Shown piece by piece: positions 25,614 to 36,121 of a DNA stretch of 40,061 bases. The translations under genes were made by a program, and so were the position numbers. Source of the stretch: Candidatus Levybacteria bacterium RIFCSPHIGHO2_01_FULL_37_33 (GTDB taxonomy: Bacteria > Patescibacteriota > Microgenomatia > Levybacterales > UBA12049); the NCBI GenBank assembly GCA_001782085.1, contig MFNM01000045.1:1-40061 (forward strand). The letters run 5' to 3'. The notes beneath the pieces were generated by a model, which saw only the letters and a program-made list of their open reading frames with translations, ran no database searches and was not told the DNA's origin. Positions within the stretch are counted from its first letter, which is position 1, and every line of letters begins with the position of its first letter.

Positions 25614-27406
25614 AACAAGGTAATATCAGGAATTTTGCAATTATTGCGCATATTGATCACGGCAAGTCTACTCTTGCAGACCGCATTATGGAAATATGCG
25701 GTGCCATCGGTAAGAAACATCAGGAGCAAATATTAGACAGTTTGGAACTTGAGAGAGAACATGGAATAACTATAAAACTAAAGGCAATCCGTCTTAACTA
25801 TCAACTATTAACTATCAACTATCAACTAAATTTATTAGATACTCCGGGGCATGTCGATTTTTCTTACGAAGTTTCAAGATCTCTTGCATCAGTTGAGGGG
25901 GCGATATTAGTTGTTGACGCAACACAAGGAGTTCAGGCACAGACTCTTTCTAATTTTAACTTGGCAATTGATGCCAATCTTACACTTATCCCTGTTATCA
26001 ACAAAATTGACACGCCGGCAGCGGACGTTGACAAGACGGCTAAAGAGCTTATAGATTTGGGATTCAAAGCCTCGGAAATTGTAAAAGTTTCAGCCAAAAC
26101 CGGAGAAAACGTCGAAAAATTGCTTGGGGAAATTATTAAAAAGATTCCTGCTCCAGATTCTTCATCTGCGACTCAGAATGACATATTGCGTGCTCTAATT
26201 TTTGACTCAAGCCTCGATCCCTATAAAGGAGTCATTGTGACGTGCAGACTTTTCGGCGGCTCTCTCAGAGTCGGGGATGAAATCTCTTTTTTAGCAACAA
26301 AAGCAAAAGGGCAAGTATTACAGGCAGGCTTCTTGAATCCGAAACCGCACTATATGCAGGAGATAAAAACAGGTGAGGTTGGTTTTATTGTTACAAATAT
26401 AAAAGATTTATCTCTTGTTAAAGTTGGTGATACGATAACTCATCCAAAAGAAATGGTAAAACCGCTGCCTGGATACCGGCAGGCAAGACCTGTTGTTTTT
26501 CTCTCATTTTTTCCGACGGACTCATCGGAGTTTCAAAAAATGAAAGAGGCTTTTGAGAAACTTAAATTAAACGATGCAGCCCTTGCGTATTCACCTGAAT
26601 CTTCTATTTCCCTAGGACAGGGTCTTCGTGTTGGGTTTTTGGGACTTCTTCATGCCCAGATTACCCAGGAAAGACTTGAGCGTGAATACGGCCTAGATAT
26701 TATAGTAACTTCACCTTCCGTTAATTTTATTATTGACAATAAAACTATCAACAGACCTTCCGAGTTTAATCCCAGCCCGCAATCTCAGGTTGAAGAGCCC
26801 TATGCCAAGGTTACAATTTTTGCTCCCCAAAAATACTACGGACAAATAAACGAACTGATTTATAAAAAACGGGGGAAAATTGAAAATTCTGTAAATATCG
26901 GCGTATCCCTTAAAATTGAGGCAATTATTCCGGTTCTTGAGATACTAATCGGTTTTTATGATGACTTGAAGTCCCAAACCTCAGGCTTTGCTTCCTTTGA
27001 CTTTGAAGTAATTGATTACAGGCCGGCTAAACTGGTAAAGCTGGACATTCTGGTTAATTACGAGCCGGTTGAAGGTCTTTCTCAGGTAGTTCCGATTGAA
27101 AAAGCAGAGGAATTCGGCAGGAAACTGGTGGCAAAACTAAAAGAAGAAATTCCCCGTCAAAATATTCCGATTCCGCTGCAGGCTGTTATCAATTTTGCGA
27201 AAATAAAGGGAGGATTGGGTGGAAAAATTTTGGCACGCGAAACAATCGCAGCATATCGAAAGGACGTTACAGCAAAACTGTACGGCGGAGATGTTACCCG
27301 AAAAACGAAACTTTTAGAAAAACAGAAAAAAGGTAAAAAACGAATGAAGAAATTTGGTCAAATAGAGATACCACAGGAAGCTTTTTTGGCGGTGTTAAAG
27401 ATTTAA
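25610..27406 (+). CDS. lepA: Translation elongation factor 4 (LepA)
   Basis: AHIDHGKSTLAD, DTPGHVDF, NKID, GFLGLLH, KLLEKQKKGKKRMK. Confidence 0.97.
   Translation: MKQGNIRNFAIIAHIDHGKSTLADRIMEICGAIGKKHQEQILDSLELEREHGITIKLKAIRLNYQLLTINYQLNLLDTPGHVDFSYEVSRSLASVEGAILVVDATQGVQAQTLSNFNLAIDANLTLIPVINKIDTPAADVDKTAKELIDLGFKASEIVKVSAKTGENVEKLLGEIIKKIPAPDSSSATQNDILRALIFDSSLDPYKGVIVTCRLFGGSLRVGDEISFLATKAKGQVLQAGFLNPKPHYMQEIKTGEVGFIVTNIKDLSLVKVGDTITHPKEMVKPLPGYRQARPVVFLSFFPTDSSEFQKMKEAFEKLKLNDAALAYSPESSISLGQGLRVGFLGLLHAQITQERLEREYGLDIIVTSPSVNFIIDNKTINRPSEFNPSPQSQVEEPYAKVTIFAPQKYYGQINELIYKKRGKIENSVNIGVSLKIEAIIPVLEILIGFYDDLKSQTSGFASFDFEVIDYRPAKLVKLDILVNYEPVEGLSQVVPIEKAEEFGRKLVAKLKEEIPRQNIPIPLQAVINFAKIKGGLGGKILARETIAAYRKDVTAKLYGGDVTRKTKLLEKQKKGKKRMKKFGQIEIPQEAFLAVLKI
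25794..25828. repeat. (TYAACTA)x5 heptamer tandem inside lepA
   Basis: TTAACTA TCAACTA TTAACTA TCAACTA TCAACTA; encodes LNYQLLTINYQL. Confidence 0.85.
26156..26182 (+). repeat. 27-nt in-frame element GATTCTTC-N8-CTCAGAATGAC (copy 2, in lepA)
   Basis: Encodes DSSSATQND in the G-domain/domain II linker. Confidence 0.75.
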
Positions 27407-27409
27407 AAG

Positions 27410-28579
27410 TTAAAGGATAAAAAGAAGAAAGCCTCCAATAATTGAAAGTATTATTCCAAAAGCTCCTATTCCAATTATTATATCCGAGGGACCGGACGGA
27501 GCCATAGTTGGAGTAGGTGCTGCGACTGTAGGAGTAGGTTGGGAGGCAGCGGCAACTGTAATCGCTTGCGTACAGTTTGCGGCACTGCTTACTCCGCCGC
27601 TATTATCTGTTAGAGTTGCAGTGGCTTGGAAAGCACCGGCGTTGTTATATGTATGGGAGATTTGAGCGCTTACCGTGCTTGTTCCAATACCTCCTCCCGT
27701 AGTTACATCCTGCACTGCGCCATCCCCAAAACTAAATGCGGCTTTATTAATTGTTCCATCGGAATCTGTACCCGATGCTGTGAATGTTATTGAATATGGA
27801 GCAGTACCGCTTGCCGCTCTATCAAGAGATAAGGCAGTACAATTTGGTGATTGATTAACTGGTCCTCCTCCCCCTGGTGCTGTTGTTGGTGTTGGTGCCG
27901 GAGTTAAAGTCGATGTTGGTGTTGGAGTAGGCGAAGCTTGTGGCGTCTGTGTTGGTGAGGGCGTTAATGTTGGTGTTGGAGTAGGAGTGAGAGTTCCAGC
28001 TTCTGTGATAGTTACACTTGCCGGAGTTGTTGAGGATAAAACATTGGTATTAAACTGGTCTCCCTGGCCTGTTAAAACTTGTGTTTCACTGCCAAAGGTA
28101 ATTGGGGTAGTAGTGTCTTCCGTAGAAGCAATTGCTTTTAAAGTAAGAGTACCCACTTTAGTATTGTTTTTTTGTATAAATGCGCTTGGATTTGATCCTA
28201 CTGCCAGATCTACTGTTATTTTTCCTCCTGTTGAATCAAATGTTGGAGTAGGAGATTTACTTGGATCAAATCCCGGGAAGCTGTTTGTATTTATTGCTAA
28301 GCCGTCTCCGGACTTTGTTAATTTTGTCGGATCATAAGAAATAACTAAATGAACAAAGCTTACAAAATTAGTGTTTGGGTTAATCATTATATCAAAAGTC
28401 ACATCTTGCCCAACCGCAGCTGTTGCAGAAGAGGGTTGGAAAGAAAGAGTTGTTGCCGGAGCGGCTTGGCTTTTGGTTTCCTGTTGTTTTTGAACCAGAT
28501 AAACTGTAAGGGGTATTGCTATAAGAAGAATTGCGGCAAGACCGAATAAAATTAGCTTTTTCGGGGTAAATTGTGACAT
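27410..28579 (-). CDS. Surface protein: cohesin-like domain, Pro/Thr linker, PKD-like domain, C-terminal TM
   Basis: VTFDIMI...ISYDPTKL; FSFGDG...SHTY; TPTPTP; TTGACA-17-TACGAT upstream. Confidence 0.75.
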   Translation of the reverse strand: MSQFTPKKLILFGLAAILLIAIPLTVYLVQKQQETKSQAAPATTLSFQPSSATAAVGQDVTFDIMINPNTNFVSFVHLVISYDPTKLTKSGDGLAINTNSFPGFDPSKSPTPTFDSTGGKITVDLAVGSNPSAFIQKNNTKVGTLTLKAIASTEDTTTPITFGSETQVLTGQGDQFNTNVLSSTTPASVTITEAGTLTPTPTPTLTPSPTQTPQASPTPTPTSTLTPAPTPTTAPGGGGPVNQSPNCTALSLDRAASGTAPYSITFTASGTDSDGTINKAAFSFGDGAVQDVTTGGGIGTSTVSAQISHTYNNAGAFQATATLTDNSGGVSSAANCTQAITVAAASQPTPTVAAPTPTMAPSGPSDIIIGIGAFGIILSIIGGFLLFIL

Positions 28580-28642
28580 ATAAACCTTAATTTATCGTAT
28601 AGAAGAAAAAACACTATGTCAAGCATTTTATACTATAGGTTA

Positions 28643-28698
28643 TTGACAGGAGATTTTTTTTGTTGTATAAATTAGCAGTCACTTTACTCAAGTGATAT
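28643..28698 (+). promoter_or_regulatory. groESL promoter and degenerate CIRCE element
   Basis: TTGACA-17-TATAAA; TTAGCAGTC-N9-AAGTGATAT vs consensus TTAGCACTC-N9-GAGTGCTAA. Confidence 0.6.
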
Positions 28699-28720
28699 TT
28701 TTTGGTCAAACTTAGAAGTT

Positions 28721-29023
28721 ATGGCAGTAAAAAATAACATAAAACCACTATTTGATAATGTTCTTATTAAGCCGCTTGAAGCAGAAGAAAAAACTGCAAG
28801 CGGAATTATTCTTCCGGACTCTGCAAAAGAAAAACCCCAAATTGGTGAAGTTATGGCAATAGGTCAAGGAATTGTAGATGATGGAAAAATTGTTCCCGGC
28901 TCAATGATCGTAAAAGTCGGGCAAAAAGTAATGTACAAAAAATGGGGCGGAAATGAAGTAAAAGTTGGTAACGAAGAATGGACAATCGTTGAACAAAAAG
29001 ATATACTGGCCGTCGTTGGATAA
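28721..29023 (+). CDS. groES: Co-chaperonin GroES
   Basis: KPLFDNV, KTASGIILPDSAKEKPQ. Confidence 0.97.
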   Translation: MAVKNNIKPLFDNVLIKPLEAEEKTASGIILPDSAKEKPQIGEVMAIGQGIVDDGKIVPGSMIVKVGQKVMYKKWGGNEVKVGNEEWTIVEQKDILAVVG

Positions 29024-29071
29024 TGAGTAGTTGGTTTTTGGTTCATAGACAATTTGTCTCATAACTAATAA

Positions 29072-30718
<1,647 letters not shown>

Positions 30719-30809
30719 GGAAATTTAAAATTTAGAATTCATAATTCATAATTACTTCAAAAGGGATTTTTAAAGTTATCATTCTCTTCTGCTATAATAA
30801 ATTCTGTTA

Positions 30810-31637
30810 ATGAAAAAACTTCTTTTTTACACTGCCCCCTTTTTTGGAGTATTGGCTATTTTTGCCGGTGTCGTTTTATTTTTAAATCAGAATTTAGGAA
30901 AAGGAGCTTTGCAGGTAACATCTGTTCCCAAAAGCCAAGTATATTTAAATGGTCAGTTAATCGGCGAAACTCCGCTTAGTAAACGCGATCCGAAGGATGG
31001 GATTCCTATTGGCAATTACAGGATCAGATTAGTCCCAAAAGAAGGAAATTCTAAATCCTATGATGAGCAGATCACAATTAATAAATCTACGTTAACAGTT
31101 GTTGATAGAACCTTTGGAGAAAGTGCGTCTGGCAGTGTTATAACACTAACACCTCTTTCCAATAAAAAAGAGACGGAGGTTATGGTAATTTCATTTCCGG
31201 ATAAGACAAATATTTTTTTAGACAATAATCCAGAGGGAAAAACTCCGATTCTTTTAAAGAATGTTACGGAATCGGACCACGAGTTAAAACTTGCAAAAGA
31301 AGGTTATCTGGATAAAACTTTGCGAATAAGAGCTACTTCGGGTTTTAGATTAAAGTCAGTTGTTTTTTTAAGCGTGAATCCTAATGTCGCAAGTTTTTCT
31401 GCTCAAACTTCCTTATCTGTCCCGCAAACACCTAAGGTTGCAAAAGTTACTATTCTTGATACGCCGACAGGTTTTCTTAGAGTAAGGGCAGACAGTTCTA
31501 TTGCATCTTTAGAAATTGGAAGAGTATCTCCGGGAGATAGTCTTGAATTAGTTGGCGAAAAAGAGGGATGGTTTGAAATAAAAATGACGAACGGAAAAAC
31601 AGGCTGGATCAGCTCCCAATACGCCAGAAAAGAATAG
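30810..31637 (+). CDS. Membrane-anchored PEGA-domain protein with C-terminal SH3b domain
   Basis: Two GxTP PEGA-like repeats; LRVR...GWFEI...GWISSQY. Confidence 0.8.
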   Translation: MKKLLFYTAPFFGVLAIFAGVVLFLNQNLGKGALQVTSVPKSQVYLNGQLIGETPLSKRDPKDGIPIGNYRIRLVPKEGNSKSYDEQITINKSTLTVVDRTFGESASGSVITLTPLSNKKETEVMVISFPDKTNIFLDNNPEGKTPILLKNVTESDHELKLAKEGYLDKTLRIRATSGFRLKSVVFLSVNPNVASFSAQTSLSVPQTPKVAKVTILDTPTGFLRVRADSSIASLEIGRVSPGDSLELVGEKEGWFEIKMTNGKTGWISSQYARKE

Positions 31638-31646
31638 TTCTTCGAT

Positions 31647-32315
31647 TTACCAAACTTCAGGAGATTTATCATCAGAATTAGTAACAGTAGGAATATCAAC
31701 TGGACTCGATGAACCTACTGCTTTTGGAGTAATTCTTGGGGTAATTTTATCGTCCGTTAATGTCGGTTTTTCTGGTTGAAATTTAGGATTAGGAATAAAT
31801 TTTTGTGTTTCAACATCAACATAGCCTCTAATATAATTTGGCGGTATCAAATAACGATCATTATATCCAGTATCTGGTTCTGGTAATTCTTGAAAAACAG
31901 AATTGAAATATCTGCTCCCACCCTGCTCACCTTCTTGAGGGTTGGGCATCATAACTACAACAACTGCTTTTGCATCAAGATGGGGTCAATGCGATAGTTG
32001 TTCAACTACTTGAGTTATTTGCTCTTCGTATGGTTTAGAACCATCAAATAAAGGGACTGTTGTGCTATATAAGTCTGGTTGTTTCGCTCTTAGTCCTTGT
32101 TGAAGAATTTCTTGAGCTGCCTCTACTCTAGTTCCGTGTCCTAAAGTTGAAAAAGATGGATTAAATATTTCTCTTAACTCAGATTTTAGATCAGAAGGTT
32201 TTAGTGATTCTCCTCCGCCACCAACAGCTGATTCTTCTATGCCCATTTCTTTTGGAGATAAAGGAGGGCCTTCTACATAATCTACATAATCTACTTTTAT
32301 ATCATCGTCTTGCAT
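31647..32315 (-). pseudogene. Single reading frame (ART/KptA-like motifs) interrupted by one TGA at 31986-31988
   Basis: The 109- and 101-aa ORFs are in frame, joined by LSH*PHLDAKAVVVVMMP; GHGT...ILQQGL and IPPNYI motifs. Confidence 0.6.
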
Positions 32316-32336
32316 AAATTCAGTATATCAAAAAAT

Positions 32337-33281
32337 TTACGGGGTTATGAAGTAGGTGATTCCAATAACCAGTATTATCCATATAAGAACAGTGGCTAAA
32401 AGAGGTTTGTCAGAAAATAAAACTTTCTCGGGGCTTTCTCCTTCGTGTTTTTCATATATATCCTGAATATATCTCATTAAACCGTAAACAACAGGGGCAA
32501 TTGTTATCATAAGCCACTTTCGGTAGAAAAAAGTCGGAAGAAAATCCGGAAGAATAATGTTTAAGCCCAATTGAAATCCTTTCGGATTTTCCAGAAACGT
32601 AAAAAGTGAATAAAAAACAAATGTTGATGTTACAAACATTGTTGCATAGATATCAAGCAGCCTTTCCGAATAATGAGAAAGAGATTTTCGAATACTTGCA
32701 ATATTGACATCTTTTATTTGGGAAACCAAAGTGAGCTCGGATTTTCTTTTTCCAACCGCCAAGAACAGAGAAAGAGAAATTGCCGTTAATAAAAGCCAAA
32801 CGGAAATATGGAATCCTGAGGCAAATTCACCTGCGTATACTCTTAATATATATCCGGCCGCTATTACGAGGATGTCTGCAACGGCAACAGATTTTAAAAA
32901 AAATGAGTAGAGAAATTGAAGCAATAGGTAAATTAAAGTAACTATAAAAAAAGTTAAGGTAACGTATCTTAGGCCTATATAAAGGGATACTACAACAAGA
33001 GCTATAGCAAGAATAATAGCTAAATTAATAGGAACATCATTATGAGCCAAGGGCCTAAATTTCTTGAATGGATGAAGCCTATCGCTTTTTATATCGAAAA
33101 TATCGTTTATTATATAAGTTGCAGAAGACAAACCCGAAAGAACAATAAAACCGATTAATACTTTATCCAATACGTGTAAGTTAAAAAGTTCTCCGGAAAA
33201 AGTTATCGCGGCAAATATTGCCAAATTTTTTATCCACTGCCTCGGCCGCAAAAGTCTTAATATGTTAAATGCTAGTTTCAT
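32337..33281 (-). CDS. UbiA-family decaprenyl-phosphate phosphoribosyltransferase-like protein
   Basis: RPRQWIKN, YIINDIFDIKSDRLHP, KRKSEL. Confidence 0.9.
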   Translation of the reverse strand: MKLAFNILRLLRPRQWIKNLAIFAAITFSGELFNLHVLDKVLIGFIVLSGLSSATYIINDIFDIKSDRLHPFKKFRPLAHNDVPINLAIILAIALVVVSLYIGLRYVTLTFFIVTLIYLLLQFLYSFFLKSVAVADILVIAAGYILRVYAGEFASGFHISVWLLLTAISLSLFLAVGKRKSELTLVSQIKDVNIASIRKSLSHYSERLLDIYATMFVTSTFVFYSLFTFLENPKGFQLGLNIILPDFLPTFFYRKWLMITIAPVVYGLMRYIQDIYEKHEGESPEKVLFSDKPLLATVLIWIILVIGITYFITP

Positions 33282-34302
33282 TTTTCCTTGTAAGGAAATG
33301 CAAAAACATTATTCCTCCGCCAACAATTATTATAAGCATTATTATTGCAAACAGTTTGCCCTTGCTTGTAAGAACCAAAGCAAGCGAGCCCAATATAGCA
33401 GAAAAGAGCCAATAAAACAACGCAATTGCTCTTTGGGAAAAACCAAGTGATAAAAGAAGGTGATGCAGGTGTTTTTTATCATGCCAAAAAATTGACCGGC
33501 CAGTTAGTAGACGTCTTGCAACTGTAAATATTCCATCCATCATCGGAACTCCCATAACTAAAATTGCCGTTGCCAGTTTTGCAGACGATAGAATAGAAAC
33601 TGTAGCTAAAAGAAGGTAAATTGCTGTTGAGCTATAGCCGGGGAAGATTTTTGCAGGATAGAAATTGAATATCAAAAATCCTAAAGATGCTCCGGCTATC
33701 ATAAATGAAAGCTTAGCGCTTATAAGGCTGGGTTCATCAATTATCGGAAATCTAAGACTCAACATTCCAATAACAATAGCCGATATTGCGACAATTCCGG
33801 GCATTTGCCCATCCACTCCCTTACTCCAATTTAACATGTTCATTACCCAGACGATCCAGACAATTGAAATAAGTTGTGGAAGAAATTCGATTTGATTTAA
33901 AAAAAGGATTCCTCCAAATGGGTTTGTAATAAAAGAAACGGTAATGCCTGCCGACACCACTATTAAAGCGGATAAAATATTAGTGGCAAATCTTATATAG
34001 GGAGATATATCAAATTTATCGTCAAGAAGACCAACTACTAGTGCGATAAATCCAGCAAAAAAAACCGCAATTGTGATTTCATTCGGTGGCCAAAGAAAAA
34101 TGGCACCCGCTATCACAACACCAATAAAAAGTGGAATCCCTCCTCCTCTTGGTACTGGTTTTTTATGAAGAATTGCCGGATGTTTATGTTTTTTCGGATC
34201 ATCGATAATTCCTAACTTTTTAATAAAAATAAGAAATAAGGGAGTTGCGGCAGTAACTATAATAAAAGAAACTAAAAAAGGCAAAAAAATTATTTCGTAC
34301 AT
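33265..34302 (-). CDS. MraY/WecA-family polyprenyl-phosphate sugar-1-phosphate transferase
   Basis: PRGGG, GLLDD, NWSKGVDG, NFYPAKIF, HLHH. Confidence 0.9.
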   Translation of the reverse strand: MYEIIFLPFLVSFIIVTAATPLFLIFIKKLGIIDDPKKHKHPAILHKKPVPRGGGIPLFIGVVIAGAIFLWPPNEITIAVFFAGFIALVVGLLDDKFDISPYIRFATNILSALIVVSAGITVSFITNPFGGILFLNQIEFLPQLISIVWIVWVMNMLNWSKGVDGQMPGIVAISAIVIGMLSLRFPIIDEPSLISAKLSFMIAGASLGFLIFNFYPAKIFPGYSSTAIYLLLATVSILSSAKLATAILVMGVPMMDGIFTVARRLLTGRSIFWHDKKHLHHLLLSLGFSQRAIALFYWLFSAILGSLALVLTSKGKLFAIIMLIIIVGGGIMFLHFLTRKNETSI

Positions 34303-34656
34303 TTATGTAATTAGGTTAATCGTCCTTAGGATAAAAAGAAAAGATAAAAAAGCCATAAGGACACTCGCCACGGCGAGCATACGTGAGATTATTTGTGATT
34401 TTTTATAGATAAAATAACAGATGAATATATTAGTAATCACAATAAAAATTGCAATTCCTAATGGAATAAAAATCATAATTGATGCTCCCAGTCTTTGGTC
34501 TCCCCAAGGTAATTGATTAAAAAGAGGTATATAAGGAGGAAAGGATCCAAAGCTAATTAAAATATAAACAAAGGCCAAGAAAACTGTAATAAAAGTTAAA
34601 AGAAATCCTCCGGATATTACCTTATCTTTCTTAACTTCATTAAAAAATCCGTTCAT
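34303..34656 (-). CDS. Three-TM hypothetical membrane protein
   Basis: PPYIPLFNQLPWG; operonic overlaps. Confidence 0.7.
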   Translation of the reverse strand: MNGFFNEVKKDKVISGGFLLTFITVFLAFVYILISFGSFPPYIPLFNQLPWGDQRLGASIMIFIPLGIAIFIVITNIFICYFIYKKSQIISRMLAVASVLMAFLSFLFILRTINLIT

Positions 34657-36121
34657 AAATAAGAACGTTGTCTATTTTGACGCCTTTGCCGTAGTTATAT
34701 AATGCGAAGGGAATGGGAGCTTGACCGGGCATTATGATAACAAATTTAGGCTTCTGTTTTAAGAAAGCTTCATTTGTATTATCTATGCCGTCTTTGTACC
34801 CGGTTATATGATATGCAACCGCATATCGGCCGGGAGGAAGCTTACCAGACAGTGCATAAACCTGAGCGTTATTTCCCCATATAAATATACTTTCATTTTT
34901 TGTGGTTTTAGTTTTTATGAATTGAGCAAGTTCATAATCCACGGGAGTTTTTTTATCGAAAAAACCCCGATACTGCGCTACTGTTTCTCTACCCGACATA
35001 AAGGAAAAGAAATTTTGATAATAGAAAAAAGTTTTACCATAAAACGAAAAGTTCTTGAGTATTAGGTAAAACGAAACTATAAAGATCAGAATAAGCGGAA
35101 ATCGATATTTCTTATCCCAAAACAATAGCCCTATTAAAAGAGAAAAGCTTGGAATGAGAACTAAAACGTAATGAGTATAAGGACGCCCCGAAAAAAAGGC
35201 GTTGAAAAGAGAAAAAGCAAACCAAATTAATATAAAAAGAGTTGCTCTTGAAAAAACATTTCTTTTTACAAGAAGAAATAGCAGGAATAGACAGAGAAGC
35301 AATAATTTTGAAATAAGGAGCCCTTGGGGAACTATAAATTTATTTCCATAGCCGACATAACCCACATTTTGGACAAATGTCGCCTGTAAAAAATATTTAA
35401 AAACAGAAAATCCATGAAGAAGAAAAAATAATGCAGCAATGACTATGGGAAAAAGAAATCCCAATATGAACGGCAGTAAAAAATAAAGCTGATCATAGAC
35501 AATTTTTTTAAAGCTCTGAATTTTTTTGGGTAAATTTAAAATAAAAAGAAATACAAAAAAGGCCGCAAAGTCAAAAATACCAACGATTTTAAATAAAAAT
35601 GCAATTCCCAGAAGGAAACCGGAAAGTATCAAAATATTTTTCTTCAATCTTTCTTTTGCAGTAAAGATTAGAAAACCCGATAAGATAATAGGAAGAAGCA
35701 TAAAATTTTCCGAGTTTGCAATATTCCCTTCAACAATAGGCAAGGCAAAAAGAAGTCCAAAAATTATTGTTGAGAAAATTGCAATTTTGTTTCCCTCCTT
35801 TTCCTCAAAAAGTTTTCTTGAGAGTGCGAAAAAAGCAATTAATGAAAGTACCCCAAAAACTAAGGATACAAGACGCAGGGTAAATTGGTCTGAATTAAAA
35901 AGGGAATAAAGCATATAAAGAAGGGGAGGTTTGTTGTCCCAAATGTCCATATATAAAAGCCGACCATTTCTAATAGCCATTCCTAGAACTTGGTATATTC
36001 CTTCATCTCCATACCAATTTGGTTCAAAAAGAGAGGGGAAGCGAAGCAGAAAAAAGATAAAGGATGACACCAATAAAAACCAAAAGCTTCTATTCTTTTC
36101 CACCTTTGCTAAAAATTTCAT
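34640..36121 (-). CDS. ArnT/PMT-like GT-C glycosyltransferase
   Basis: DEGIY, WDNKPP, RPYTHY; many TMs. Confidence 0.8.
   Translation of the reverse strand: MKFLAKVEKNRSFWFLLVSSFIFFLLRFPSLFEPNWYGDEGIYQVLGMAIRNGRLLYMDIWDNKPPLLYMLYSLFNSDQFTLRLVSLVFGVLSLIAFFALSRKLFEEKEGNKIAIFSTIIFGLLFALPIVEGNIANSENFMLLPIILSGFLIFTAKERLKKNILILSGFLLGIAFLFKIVGIFDFAAFFVFLFILNLPKKIQSFKKIVYDQLYFLLPFILGFLFPIVIAALFFLLHGFSVFKYFLQATFVQNVGYVGYGNKFIVPQGLLISKLLLLCLFLLFLLVKRNVFSRATLFILIWFAFSLFNAFFSGRPYTHYVLVLIPSFSLLIGLLFWDKKYRFPLILIFIVSFYLILKNFSFYGKTFFYYQNFFSFMSGRETVAQYRGFFDKKTPVDYELAQFIKTKTTKNESIFIWGNNAQVYALSGKLPPGRYAVAYHITGYKDGIDNTNEAFLKQKPKFVIIMPGQAPIPFALYNYGKGVKIDNVLIYERIF

Noticed and set aside
27191-27220. Extra NFAKIKGGL segment in the LepA C-terminal domain as another repeat insert
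   Set aside because: Only a weak 5-bp AT stem and no second copy in the window; cannot be supported without an alignment
27880-27995. GTTGGT/GGAGTA repeats as a DNA repeat element
   Set aside because: Explained by Pro/Thr linker codons; same for about 18840-18900
31986-31988. Genome-wide TGA recoding (code 25 or 4)
   Set aside because: sodN, pcrA, tatD and the TA genes end at TGA at expected lengths; only one internal TGA was noticed
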